From an uncultured Verrucomicrobiae bacterium (GTDB lineage Bacteria > Verrucomicrobiota > Verrucomicrobiia > Limisphaerales > UBA11358), in the NCBI GenBank assembly GCA_963845665.1, contig CAWJTA010000002.1, forward strand, positions 611,388 to 675,387: a stretch of 64,000 bases of DNA, read 5' to 3'. Position numbers and translations under genes: made by a program. The first letter of the stretch is position 1; every line of letters starts with the position of its first letter. Positions 27,171 through 36,645 of the stretch are shown piece by piece. The notes below the pieces were generated by a model that worked only from the letters and a program-made list of their open reading frames with translations, was not told the DNA's origin and did no database searches.

Positions 27171-29006
27171 ATGCAGCATATTCGTAATATCGCCATCATC
27201 GCGCACGTGGACCACGGCAAGACAACGCTCGTCGATTGCCTTTTGAAGCAATCCGGCACGTTCCGCGCCAACCAGGCCGAAACCCAAACTGAACGGCTCA
27301 TGGATTCCATGGACCTGGAACGCGAGAAAGGCATCACCATCCGCGCCAAAAACGCCGCTTTCAAATACAAGGATTTCCACGTCAATATCGTGGACACCCC
27401 CGGCCACGCGGATTTCGGCGGCGAAGTCGAGCGCATCATGAACATGATCGACGGCGTGCTGCTCGTGGTGGACGCCGCGGAAGGCCCGCAGGCGCAGACC
27501 CGCTTCGTTCTGCGCAAGGCCCTCGAAGCCGGCGCCAAGCCCATCGTCGTCATCAACAAGATTGATCGCGAAAACGCCAATCCCGAAAAAAGTGCTGGAC
27601 CAGGTATTCGAGCTGTTCATGTCGCTCAATGCCACCGACGAGCAATTGGATTTCCCCTTCATTTATTGCTCGGCCAAGGCCGGCTACGCCAAGCTGGACC
27701 TGAACGACGCCAGCACGACCATGGAGCCGCTGTTTGATGCGATTGCAAAGCACATTCCCCCGCCACGCGCCCTCGCCGGTGATGGTTTTCAGGTGCTGGT
27801 GGCCAATCTGGATTACAGCGATTATCTGGGCCGAATCGCGTTCGGGAAAATTTACGAAGGCAAAGTCAAGGTGGGCGACGCCGCGATTTGCCGACACGGC
27901 ACGGCAAGATTTCCAAGGGCAAAGTCACCATGATTTACCATTTCGAGGGCATGAAACGGATCGAAATCCAGGAAGCCCATGCCGGCGACATCATCGGCAT
28001 CACCGGGTTCGAAGAGGTGTTTATTGGCGAATCCATTTGCGACAGCGAGGCGCGTCCGGCGTTGCCTTACATCCCCATCGATCCGCCCACGATCCAGATG
28101 GAATTTGCCGTCAACGACGGCCCGCTGGCCGGCAAAGATGGCAAGCTCGTCACCGCCCGTCATATTTGGGACCGATTGCAAAAGGAAACTCGGACCAACG
28201 TCGCCCTGCGTATCGCTCAAACCTCCGATCCCAAAGTCTTTGCCGTGAGCGGCCGCGGCGAAATGCAAATCGCCATTTTGGTGGAACAAATGCGCCGCGA
28301 AGGCTATGAAGTCCTGGTCTCGCGCCCTGAAGTCCTCTGGAAAAAAGACGCGAACGGCGAACTGCTCGAGCCGATCGAAAAGTTGTTCGTCGAAATTCCG
28401 TCCGAAAACCTGGGGTCGGTCATGGAAAACCTCTCCTTCCGCAAAGCCCAGATCACCAACATGAATCACGTGGGTGCCCACGTTTCCGTTGAGGCGCTCG
28501 TCCCCATGCGTGGCATCATCGGTTTCGAGACCGACCTGGTCAATATGACCAAGGGACTGGGCGTCATGAGCCATTTGTTCCATGAATATGGCACAGACCG
28601 CGGTGAAATCGCGGCGCGCAAAAACGGCTCGCTCGTCTCCATGGACGCGGGCGAAGCCACCAGTTACGCGTTGAACATGATTCAGGAACGCGGGCGGCTC
28701 ATGGTTGAACCGGGCGATGAAATCTACGTCGGCATGATTGTTGGCGAGAATGCCCGCGAAAATGATATCCCGGTGAATCCGGTGAAAGAAAAGCGCCTGA
28801 CCAACATGCGTTCCCAGGGCGACGGCAAGGGCATTCAACTGGCGCCGCCGCTCAAGCTCAGCCTCGAGCGCGCTCTCGAATATATCGACGTGGATGAATT
28901 CGTGGAAGCCACGCCCAAAAACCTGCGCCTCCGCAAGCGCATCCTTGATGAAAACCAACGGAAACGCTCGGAAAAATCACGGGTATTGAAGTTTGTGGAG
29001 AATTAA
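27171..29006 (+). pseudogene. typA: Translational GTPase TypA/BipA, reading frame broken by two compensating single-nt frameshifts (real or assembly artefact)
   Basis: [41 protein letters not shown] are the GTPase G1-G4 motifs. The frame moves +1 at the A6 run 27586-27591 (expected PEKVLDQVF) and returns at the T3 run 27887-27889 (expected AILPTRHGKISKGKV). The three track ORFs 27015.., 27562.. and 27888.. join into one typical TypA. Confidence 0.9.
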
Positions 29007-29052
29007 TCATCACGCTTGCCCGAAGGCGGCAGATGGCGGACATTTGGGTTGC

Positions 29053-29298
29053 ATGAGCATTACCGCTGAAAAAGTAGCCGAAATGCTGGCGCTGCCGCTA
29101 GAGGATCGGGCCTATCTTGCCCACGAACTCATCGCGAGCCTGGAGGGCACTGCGGATCCTGACGTGGAGACGGAATGGAACGATGTCATAGACCGTCGGT
29201 CTCGAGAAATGGATGAAGGCCGGGTGGACAAGCGCCCGGAAGAAGAAGTCATTAGAGAAATTCGTAACAAACTCGATGCGCGTCGTCAGGCATCCTGA
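29053..29298 (+). CDS. Putative addiction-module antitoxin component
   Basis: MSITAEKVAEMLALPLEDRAYLAHELIASLEG..ETEWNDVIDRRSREMDEG is the pattern of the small 'addiction module component' antitoxins. It overlaps the toxin start. Confidence 0.7.
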   Translation: MSITAEKVAEMLALPLEDRAYLAHELIASLEGTADPDVETEWNDVIDRRSREMDEGRVDKRPEEEVIREIRNKLDARRQAS

Positions 29299-29563
29299 GG
29301 CACCGTGCGAATTGGAACAGGCCGCCCTTTGGTACGAGGACCGGCGGCCAGGTTTGGGAATGGATTTTTTGGAGGAATACAGGGCTACTCTGCGCCGAAT
29401 AATGGCTGAACCGGGACGGTGGCGTATAATTCGAGGTGAAAATCGCAAACTCAACTTTATGCGCTTTCCCTACGCCATCGTTTATAGTGTGCATGGCGAA
29501 ACACTTTACATCAAAGCCGTAATGCATCTGCATCGTCGCCCATTTTACTGGTCGCTTCGTTGA
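29276..29563 (+). CDS. Type II toxin, RelE/ParE family
   Basis: ..LEQAALWYEDRRPGLGMDFLEEY...FPYAIVYSVHGETLYIKAVMHLHRRPFYW is a typical ParE/RelE C-terminal pattern. There is a 23-nt overlap with the antitoxin. Confidence 0.75.
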   Translation: MRVVRHPEAPCELEQAALWYEDRRPGLGMDFLEEYRATLRRIMAEPGRWRIIRGENRKLNFMRFPYAIVYSVHGETLYIKAVMHLHRRPFYWSLR

Positions 29564-30069
29564 CGTGATCGTTGCTGTTTTAGTGGTTTTCCCTTTCCGG
29601 GACTGATCGATCACATTGGCCCGCATGCATGGATCCGATGGCTATGGTCGCGCATAAGCTATTTTGAGGCCGACAAGGAACTGTAGCCAAATTGCATAGG
29701 AGTGACATATTTGTAGAAAACCGGTCCCACAACTATCTCAAGCTCCATAGGAGTGACATAGTCGGCCTCGTTTTGCAGGACGTTAACAGGTGAAAAATTC
29801 CTTCTTTCCTGCCTTCCTCATTCATATCGTTCAACATCCATTTGGAAATACCGCGCAAGCAGGATTGACTGAGGACGAGCGAGATTCTCATGGCGCCTGG
29901 CGAAATATCTATTGGCGATGGCGCGCGAAACAGGAGCTCGCCAGGCGGCTAAGACCTGGACAATGATTTGAATCGCGGCCATTTTTGTATTTAAGAATTG
30001 AACGGCATTATTTGCTCTTTTAAAGAAACCTCGTGAAAGTGAGTTCGCGATGACAATGTGCGAGTGATT

Positions 30070-30357
30070 ATGCGTAACCAAACATGGCAAGCGTTGGAGG
30101 ACATGTTCTTTGAAAGCCCCATCCTTAAGGCCGAAGCAGTCGAACCGCCAGAAGTAATCGCCGCTGAGCGAAAAATTGGTATTGCACCGGGTACCGATAA
30201 ATGGGTCATCATCTCTACGGACTATGACGGCAATCCGATTGGCCTTGATGCCGAAGGCAAGGTCTGGATATCCGATCATGATCGGCGCGTAATACAGCTC
30301 CTCGCCCCGAATTTTGAAGCGTATCTGAGGAAATGGTGCCTAAAGTTGCCGAATTGA
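30070..30357 (+). CDS. Short SUKH (SMI1/KNR4)-like protein, possibly truncated
   Basis: ..VIAAERKIGIA...WVIISTDYDGNPIGLDAEGKVWISDHDRRVIQLLAPNFEAYLRKW resembles the first and last blocks of SUKH immunity-type domains. The middle of the domain is missing. I prefer it over the antisense ORF 29818..30279. Confidence 0.45.
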   Translation: MRNQTWQALEDMFFESPILKAEAVEPPEVIAAERKIGIAPGTDKWVIISTDYDGNPIGLDAEGKVWISDHDRRVIQLLAPNFEAYLRKWCLKLPN

Positions 30358-30461
30358 GCCGGAAGGTGCGATACAGGTCCCATGCTTCGGCGGCTTCCAG
30401 CCGCCAGTTTGCCATCGGCCCGGTCCAATCCGGTTCGAAACCCTGCCAGTGGCGCTGCCAC

Positions 30462-30858
30462 TCTCGTTCACACTGTCAAAAACAAAAACCCTCAAAAACA
30501 CCAATGAAACCATACATTTTGCCCCAAAAACAAATCTCGTTCACACCTGCAAAACCTATGCAAATAAAATGTGTCGTTCGCCGGGCCAGGCTTCCAGCCG
30601 CCCGCCCCGAGCCGAAAGATTCATCCCGTCAATCCTCGTCGTCGTGTCAAAAAAGACATCGGGTTCGATTTGATTGAATCCCAGGATTTGGCTTTGCACC
30701 CCTCGCGTGGTGGCCGTGCGCGAGCACCGCGAAATTCGATCTCGTTGCGCGTCGGCTCGACTAAAATCCCCAAAAACCCTAATAAAACCACATATTTGTC
30801 CCTAAAACCAAATCTCGTTGCGCGTTGCGTTCACTAGGGAAATAAAATGTGCATCAGA
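30462..30858 (+). repeat. AT-rich intergenic region with a two-copy direct repeat of about 95 bp
   Basis: Copy 1 (30462-30575) runs TCTCGTTCACAC..CAAAAACACCAATGAAACCATACATTTTGCCCCAAAAACAAATCTCGTTCACAC..CAAATAAAATGTG. Copy 2 (30739-30852) runs TCTCGTTGCGCG..CAAAAACCCTAATAAAACCACATATTTGTCCCTAAAACCAAATCTCGTTGCGCG..GAAATAAAATGTG. Confidence 0.75.
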
Positions 30859-30929
30859 GCCGCGCGTGTCAGCAAGTGGTCCGCCTTTACACTTTGTGGT
30901 CAACCCGTCGTCTCACGCTCTCACAGTTC

Positions 30930-31901
30930 TCACGTTCTTTTACTGTCTCCTCTTTGCGCTGTAGTCTTCAGCGGATACAAGCCGGGACAACAGCCGAATG
31001 TTTCATGAAATGCATGGCTGAAGTGGCTCAGGCTGGAATACCCGACTTCCAACGCCGTTTCGGTCACGTTGAATTTTCCTGAGCGAAGGAGTTCGGCGGC
31101 GCGTTCCATGCGAAGCTGCCGCAGATATTGGGGAATCGTCATGCCTGTTCCGGCCGAAAATGTCCGGCTCAAATGAAAAGCGCTGCAACCGACCGCGCGG
31201 CCAATTTCTTCAAGCGGGGGCGGCGAGGCGAGGTCCTTTTTCAACAGGGCGACAACGCGTTCGACGCGTTCCGTGGAAAGGCGTTTTTGGCGATGACAGA
31301 ACAGTTCTTCATTTTCCCTCGCGATGAAGAAAAATTCGGCGGCCGCCTCCAGCGCCTTGGCTCGATACCAGGCCGGCTGGGCCAGCGCCAGTACGGGCGC
31401 CTGGCGAAGACTTGTCAGCAATTGTTGGTGACGGCTGTTTAACCGTATCACTGGGGCGATCCCGGACGCCTCGATCGAGCCGCCCACAGCTTCGCGAACG
31501 AGCGGATGCAGAGACGTGACAAATTCGCCCAAGTGCTGCCGCAAAAAATCGAATGACATTTCTATGGTCAGAAACTGATGGCGTTGATGGGCCTGCCGTG
31601 AGCCTCTCAACGGTTTCTGCCCGCGCCGATAGAATCCAGCGGTCATAGGGCCAAACGCCGTTTCCACCCCGTTTGAGCTGACGGCGCCGTTACCTTCAAG
31701 ATTCAGGCAGACTTCGATTGTGCCGGGATGAAAAGTCTGGCCCCAATCAAACGGTTGATGCGTTTTGAAATCGTGCCATTCGAAGCTGAGGCCCGAGGTT
31801 GCCACCGCCCCATGCAAAGGCAGCCAGCCCGCGCCAAATTGTTGCCAGGCGGGGCGCTCGGAAAAATCGGCCTTCGCAGTCTTTCTCAATGCAGCAGACA
31901 C
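30930..31901 (-). CDS. AraC-family transcriptional regulator
   Basis: 323 aa with a C-terminal double HTH: ..LEEIGRAVGCSAFHLSRTFSAGTGMTIPQYLRQLRMERAAELLRSGKFNVTETALEVGYSSLSHFSHAFHETFG... Confidence 0.88.
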   Translation of the reverse strand: MSAALRKTAKADFSERPAWQQFGAGWLPLHGAVATSGLSFEWHDFKTHQPFDWGQTFHPGTIEVCLNLEGNGAVSSNGVETAFGPMTAGFYRRGQKPLRGSRQAHQRHQFLTIEMSFDFLRQHLGEFVTSLHPLVREAVGGSIEASGIAPVIRLNSRHQQLLTSLRQAPVLALAQPAWYRAKALEAAAEFFFIARENEELFCHRQKRLSTERVERVVALLKKDLASPPPLEEIGRAVGCSAFHLSRTFSAGTGMTIPQYLRQLRMERAAELLRSGKFNVTETALEVGYSSLSHFSHAFHETFGCCPGLYPLKTTAQRGDSKRT

Positions 31902-31949
31902 AATGTAAATGAGTATTACATTGTTTTTGGAACAAATGAAGTTTTTTCA

Positions 31950-32110
31950 ACCGTTTGTGGTAGGGACGGTGCGCTGGGCCGTCACCGCCCGTATAGCGGG
32001 CGGAATTTGCGCGATGCAGCGTCCAACCACGCTCGTTGCCCCGCTAAACGCGGCGCGGACAGCGGCGGCAGCGCCACTTGCGAAGAGCGCTGTCCCTACC
32101 AAGAACCGTG
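31950..32110. repeat. Mosaic REP-like repeat block
   Basis: Runs GGTAGGGACGGTGCGCTGGGCCGTCACCGCCCGTATAGCGGGCGGAA ... CCGCTAAACGCGGCGCGGACAGCGGCGGCAGCGCCACTTGCGAAGAGCGCTGTCCCTACC. Confidence 0.85.
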
Positions 32111-32314
32111 TCAACGTTTCGGAGATCCGCGCTTGCCGCCGTTTGTTTTGCACAACTCGGCGATCTTCACGGTCAAACTGGCATTGTTGCGTTCCAGGTC
32201 GGTCTTGTTCCGTTCAATACGCTCGTCCAGGCTGTCGATGCCGGCGTCGATTTCGCGAATCCGGGCAGGGATATCTGTCGGACGCTTTCGGGCTGCTTCT
32301 GTATTATTTTTCAC
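32111..32314 (-). CDS. Small charged coiled-coil-like protein (67 aa)
   Basis: ORF 20 nt downstream of the hybrid kinase gene on the same strand. Its heptad-like charged sequence is ..IREIDAGIDSLDERIERNKTDLERNNASLTVKIAEL... Confidence 0.35.
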   Translation of the reverse strand: MKNNTEAARKRPTDIPARIREIDAGIDSLDERIERNKTDLERNNASLTVKIAELCKTNGGKRGSPKR

Positions 32315-32333
32315 GAGTTTCCTGAAAATGATT

Positions 32334-34169
32334 TTATCCTTCGGAAGTGGGATGCGGATTTCCGAGACGGTGATTGCGCGCGCGGTCGGGAGTATGTCCG
32401 TTGCTTTTAGCGGCTGGTGTGGTGGACCGATTCAAGGCGACTGTGGCCGAAGGGACAGGCTCATCCTCTTCTGTTTCCTCCGGCGCCGCTCCGGTCCATA
32501 CCGGCAAATAAATCTTGAATGAGGAACCTTTGCCGACTTCGGTGGTCAGTTCAATCCAGCCTCCGTGCCGTTTGACGATGCCCTGGACCATCCACAGGCC
32601 GAGGCCGGTGCCTTTGCCAAAATCTTTGGTCGTGAAAAAGGGATCAAAAATATGGCCGGCGATTTCAGGCGGCACACCCTTGCCATGATCGCTCACGGTC
32701 AGGCGCACGTATGCAGTCGACCTGACTACGCCGCGCCGTTGTATGTAGGTATCGGAAAGATCCACCGGTTGTGCTTCAATTTTAATGTCGCCGCCTGCGA
32801 TCATCGCATCACGCGCGTTCAAGATGAGGTTGATCAGGACTTGTTCCATGTTGCACTCGTCGGCGCAAACGGGCGGAAGCTTTTCATCCAGGGATACGAC
32901 GAGGCGATGGTCTTCGCCCAGAGATTGTTCCAAGAGTTGCCGCGCGCGCTGAGTGCAGTCCGAAAGGTTTACGGCCTTTAAAACGATGGGCTGCTGACGC
33001 GTGATACCGAGTAACTGTTTGGTATAATTGGCCGCGCGCGTGCTCGCCTGTAAAATCCGTTCGGTGCAGGCCGTTGAGCGTTTTTCCTGGGCCAGTTGCG
33101 ATTGCAACAGGCTGGCATGGCCCTGAATGACGCCCAGCACATTGTTGAATTCGTGGGCCACCCCGGCAACCAATCGGCCGACGACTTCCAGTTTCTGCGC
33201 CTGGCGCAGTCCGGCTTCCAGTTTCAACTTTTCAGTGACGTCCTCCGCGATAAAGAGCAGGCAAGGCTGCGCGTCCGCTGTGAGCGGCTCGGCGCAGAGC
33301 ACAATTTGGCGTTCGTCCCCATCCTGTGCAAGCAACACGCATGAATGGTTACGCAGCCGGCCATCGGGTTGCAGACGGGCATTCAGCGCGTCCGCGTCTT
33401 TCCACAAATGCAATTCGTCGCCGGTATGTTTTAGAATTTTTTCCGCCGAATATCCGGTCAAAGTCGTGAAGCTCGAATTGACGGCCAGGAACCGGCTTTC
33501 TGCCCGGCTCTGAATTGCCATCGGCATGGGGCTGGACTGGAATGCCTTGCTGAATTTTTCCTCGGAAGCCAGCAGGGCGGTTTGCGTGCGGGCGCGTTCT
33601 TCAATTTCCCGGACCAATTGTTCTGCGCGTTGCTGCGCCATTTTTTCCAGTTCATCCATCCGCAGGCGCGCCTGCCGCCCCAGCAGCCATTTGCGGGTCA
33701 GAGCGTGGGTGAGTTGCAGGACTTCCACTGTTTCGAATGGTTTTTTGAGAATCAATAAATTGTCCGTGTGGCCGAATCGTCCAATGATGTCGTGCCAGGA
33801 ATAATCGGAATAGGCCGTGCAAATAACTCCCTGGAGGTCCGGGGATGCTTTCCATAGGCGATCGATGGTTTCCACACCATCCCATCCGGGCGGCATGCGA
33901 ATGTCCACAAAGGCCAGCGCATAGGGATCGTTTTCTTTAATAGCCGATTCGACCAGCGCAAGGGCATCGTGACCTTGCAAGGCAAAGTCCACTCGAAAGG
34001 GCCCTATCTTCAGCACCGGGCCTGGCTTGCTGAATAACTCCGCTTCAAGGTCGGCCAGCGGCGAGGAGCTGGTGCCGACGCCCAGCAGCGTCTTGCGGAA
34101 ATCGTCATGGATGGCCTGGTTATCATCAACAACCAGGATTCGTGGAACGAAGTCTTGAATGGCGCTCAT
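32334..34169 (-). CDS. Hybrid response regulator-PAS-histidine kinase
   Basis: The N-terminal receiver is ILVVDDNQAIHDDF...LAFVDIRMPPGWDG...LKKPF. It is followed by a PAS-like region, an H-box VAHEFNNVLGVIQGHASLL, and an HATPase_c domain (N, G1 and G2 boxes: ..LILNARDAM.., ..DHGKGV.., ..GTGLGL..). Confidence 0.88.
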   Translation of the reverse strand: MSAIQDFVPRILVVDDNQAIHDDFRKTLLGVGTSSSPLADLEAELFSKPGPVLKIGPFRVDFALQGHDALALVESAIKENDPYALAFVDIRMPPGWDGVETIDRLWKASPDLQGVICTAYSDYSWHDIIGRFGHTDNLLILKKPFETVEVLQLTHALTRKWLLGRQARLRMDELEKMAQQRAEQLVREIEERARTQTALLASEEKFSKAFQSSPMPMAIQSRAESRFLAVNSSFTTLTGYSAEKILKHTGDELHLWKDADALNARLQPDGRLRNHSCVLLAQDGDERQIVLCAEPLTADAQPCLLFIAEDVTEKLKLEAGLRQAQKLEVVGRLVAGVAHEFNNVLGVIQGHASLLQSQLAQEKRSTACTERILQASTRAANYTKQLLGITRQQPIVLKAVNLSDCTQRARQLLEQSLGEDHRLVVSLDEKLPPVCADECNMEQVLINLILNARDAMIAGGDIKIEAQPVDLSDTYIQRRGVVRSTAYVRLTVSDHGKGVPPEIAGHIFDPFFTTKDFGKGTGLGLWMVQGIVKRHGGWIELTTEVGKGSSFKIYLPVWTGAAPEETEEDEPVPSATVALNRSTTPAAKSNGHTPDRARNHRLGNPHPTSEG

Positions 34170-35542
34170 GATCGTGAAGGCGCCGCGGGGCGGTCCGTGG
34201 GTATTTCCAAAATGAACGTGGCGCCTTTGCCCGGGCCTTCGCTGTTGGCCTCGAGGGTGCCGCCCAATTCTTTGGCCGCCAGAGCGCTGCCATGCAAACC
34301 AAAGCCGTGTCCGCCATTTTTGCGGGTAGTGAAACCGTGATTGAAAACCTTCTTAAGGTTCGCCGGGAGAATACCGACCCCGTTATCGGCGACGGTGACC
34401 TGAATCCGGCCCGAACCGTTGACGACGCGAATATTGACTTCCTTGGACGTTTGTTCGGATTCGACGCAAGCGTGTTTTGCGTTGGTCAGGAGGTTGAGGA
34501 GAATTTGCAGGATTTTATGTTTATCCACGACGATTTCGGGCATTTTGGGTGCGTAGTCGCGGCGGACATTGACTTGATGTTCCGCCAACTCCACAGCGTG
34601 GATCCGCAATACGTCTTCAACGAGGTCCTCGACACGGATGCTCTCGGTGAGTCCCATGACTTTGCCGTAACTCTGCTGGGTGGCGACGATCTGCTTTATG
34701 TGCTCGATTTTGGTGCGGACGAAGCCAATCTCCTTGAGAATCATGGTCTGCTCATTTCCCAGGTGCGACGCCAATTTTCCTAAATATTCAGGCAGTTGGC
34801 GACCTTTAGGGTCTTTACTCAAATATTCGCCAATGTCACTTTCGTGTTCGCGCATGAGCCGCGCGATCTGAGCGATGTTTTGAATTTTAAATTCAGCGAT
34901 ATGGTCGGACACGACGGCCGCGGAGACGTTGACACTGTTGAGGACGTTGCCCACGTTGTGCAATACCGCGGTGGCGACCTCAGACATACCGGCCTGGCGC
35001 GAGACCTCCAGCAAATCTTTGTGGGTTTTGTCGGTACCTTCTCTTTCCGCTTTGAGCCTTTCTGTGGTCTGGCGCAGTTCTTCGTTGGCTTTGGTTGCTT
35101 TTTCGGCCTCGGCACGTATGCCTTCTTCGAGGACTGCCTGGGCTTCCCTGGCCCTTTCCTCCACCCCCTGATACCACTTGAGCAAAACCTGGATGTGATA
35201 CATCCCCAAAAGGAGAAGGATGGAAATGAAGGCATACGCGGCGTCCAGGACAATTTCGCGCCGGGGAAAATTCGGCAGCACGTCCGCGCTTTCAACCCAA
35301 TGCAAAACAGCCAGACTGGCGAAGGCGCTGAAAAGCCACCAACCCACCTGGACCGCGCGAAAATGCCGTTTCAACCATAAAGCGTAACCCGCCACGGCCA
35401 ATTGAAGCGCGCCCGCGGCGAGGTCGATGCAAAGTTGATACTGATTATACATTGGCGAAAGCCAGAGCTTGCATTGCAACATTTGTGCCGATAACTCGTG
35501 GAAAACAGAGAAATTCGGGTCTGCGGTGGCGCATTGCCTCAA
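34166..35542 (-). CDS. Membrane sensor histidine kinase
   Basis: N-terminal TM segments, a coiled coil, an ..AVLHNVGNVLNSVNVS.. H-box variant, and HATPase_c (..LLTNAKHA.., ..DNGVGI.., ..GGHGFGLH..). There is a 4-nt overlap with the downstream hybrid kinase. The true start may be MYNQYQL at 35452. Confidence 0.85.
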   Translation of the reverse strand: MRQCATADPNFSVFHELSAQMLQCKLWLSPMYNQYQLCIDLAAGALQLAVAGYALWLKRHFRAVQVGWWLFSAFASLAVLHWVESADVLPNFPRREIVLDAAYAFISILLLLGMYHIQVLLKWYQGVEERAREAQAVLEEGIRAEAEKATKANEELRQTTERLKAEREGTDKTHKDLLEVSRQAGMSEVATAVLHNVGNVLNSVNVSAAVVSDHIAEFKIQNIAQIARLMREHESDIGEYLSKDPKGRQLPEYLGKLASHLGNEQTMILKEIGFVRTKIEHIKQIVATQQSYGKVMGLTESIRVEDLVEDVLRIHAVELAEHQVNVRRDYAPKMPEIVVDKHKILQILLNLLTNAKHACVESEQTSKEVNIRVVNGSGRIQVTVADNGVGILPANLKKVFNHGFTTRKNGGHGFGLHGSALAAKELGGTLEANSEGPGKGATFILEIPTDRPAAPSRS

Positions 35543-35661
35543 AGTTAACCGCTTATGGCGACGGTGTCGCTGTGGAGTCCGCTTTGACGGGAGTCACTGT
35601 GAGGGTGGGACAGGCATATAGGCCCATCTACCTGTCCACTTTTTGGGCACTGTCAGGCGAT

Positions 35662-36465
35662 TTAAGGGATATTCAGAACCTCGCCGGGGCGGATGTGCGA
35701 GAGATTGACGGCTGGGTTTGACGCCCTCAATTCAGCCAGATGGACGCCAAACTTGCGGCAAATGGCCATCGCGGTTTCGCCGTGTTCGACGACGTACGTG
35801 TGACCGTGGGCAAGGGGAATTTCCGTGTGCACCGGAGTCACAGGCTTTGGCCGGGGGGCGGCGGGTTGAACCGGTTGGACAGGTTCGACAGGCTCAGTCG
35901 GCTGGGTTGAACTGCCGGGGTCGGGTTGCTGTGAGAGGGTGATGTCCTGAGGCAAGGATGAATTGGATTTGGCGGCGGTCTGGTTTGCATACCAGACGTT
36001 CCATTGCTTGAGCGTTTCCTGAAGATTCTGGACCTGTTGCTGTAATTGACGGTTTTGGTCGACGAGTTTCTCCAGTTGTTCCTGTGCCTGGGGCGCGCTG
36101 GGCAGGGGAAGCACGGCGGCAGCGAGTTGTTGTTTGCAGGCGGAAATGTGCTGCCGGATAATGTCCGCGTTTTCGGCGGAGGGATCGAACTTCAGATACT
36201 GCTCGTAGTGATAAATGGCCGCGGCGGGGTCGCTTTCCTGGTTTTCGTACAACATGCCCAATTGATAATGCGCGGCAGCGGAGTGAGGATTTACGTCGAG
36301 CGATTCCTCGAAGGCCTCGACGGCGCCCTGGTAATCCATTGCGTTGACGCGGCTAATACCAAGGGCATAGTGGGGCTCCTTCTCGTCGCTTTGGTCGGCG
36401 GGTGTACATCCGCTGAACGCTGCGGCCAGCAGACACACAAACAAAAACCGAATCCGAAATGACAT
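35662..36465 (-). CDS. TPR + C-terminal LysM domain lipoprotein
   Basis: The internal ATG at 36465 gives MSFRIRFLFVCLLAAAFSGCTP (lipobox). TPR units follow (..YQGAVEAFEESLDVNPHSAAAHYQLGMLYE..). The C-terminal LysM is YVVEHGETAMAICRKFGVHLAELRASNPAVNLSHIRPGEVLNIP. Confidence 0.8.
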   Translation of the reverse strand: MSFRIRFLFVCLLAAAFSGCTPADQSDEKEPHYALGISRVNAMDYQGAVEAFEESLDVNPHSAAAHYQLGMLYENQESDPAAAIYHYEQYLKFDPSAENADIIRQHISACKQQLAAAVLPLPSAPQAQEQLEKLVDQNRQLQQQVQNLQETLKQWNVWYANQTAAKSNSSLPQDITLSQQPDPGSSTQPTEPVEPVQPVQPAAPRPKPVTPVHTEIPLAHGHTYVVEHGETAMAICRKFGVHLAELRASNPAVNLSHIRPGEVLNIP

Positions 36466-36645
36466 CAGCACGAAATTAAACGAATGCGACGGAGGGTGCA
36501 ATTGTTGATACGTTGAATCGGTGGCATCGGTGGCATCACCACTTGCCTTCACGGGCAATAAAGTGTTGAAACGCTAAAATGGAAGAAAAAGCGATTGCTT
36601 AACTTTGACTTGAAACCTGGAAATGAAATGGAAGAATGAATCCTA

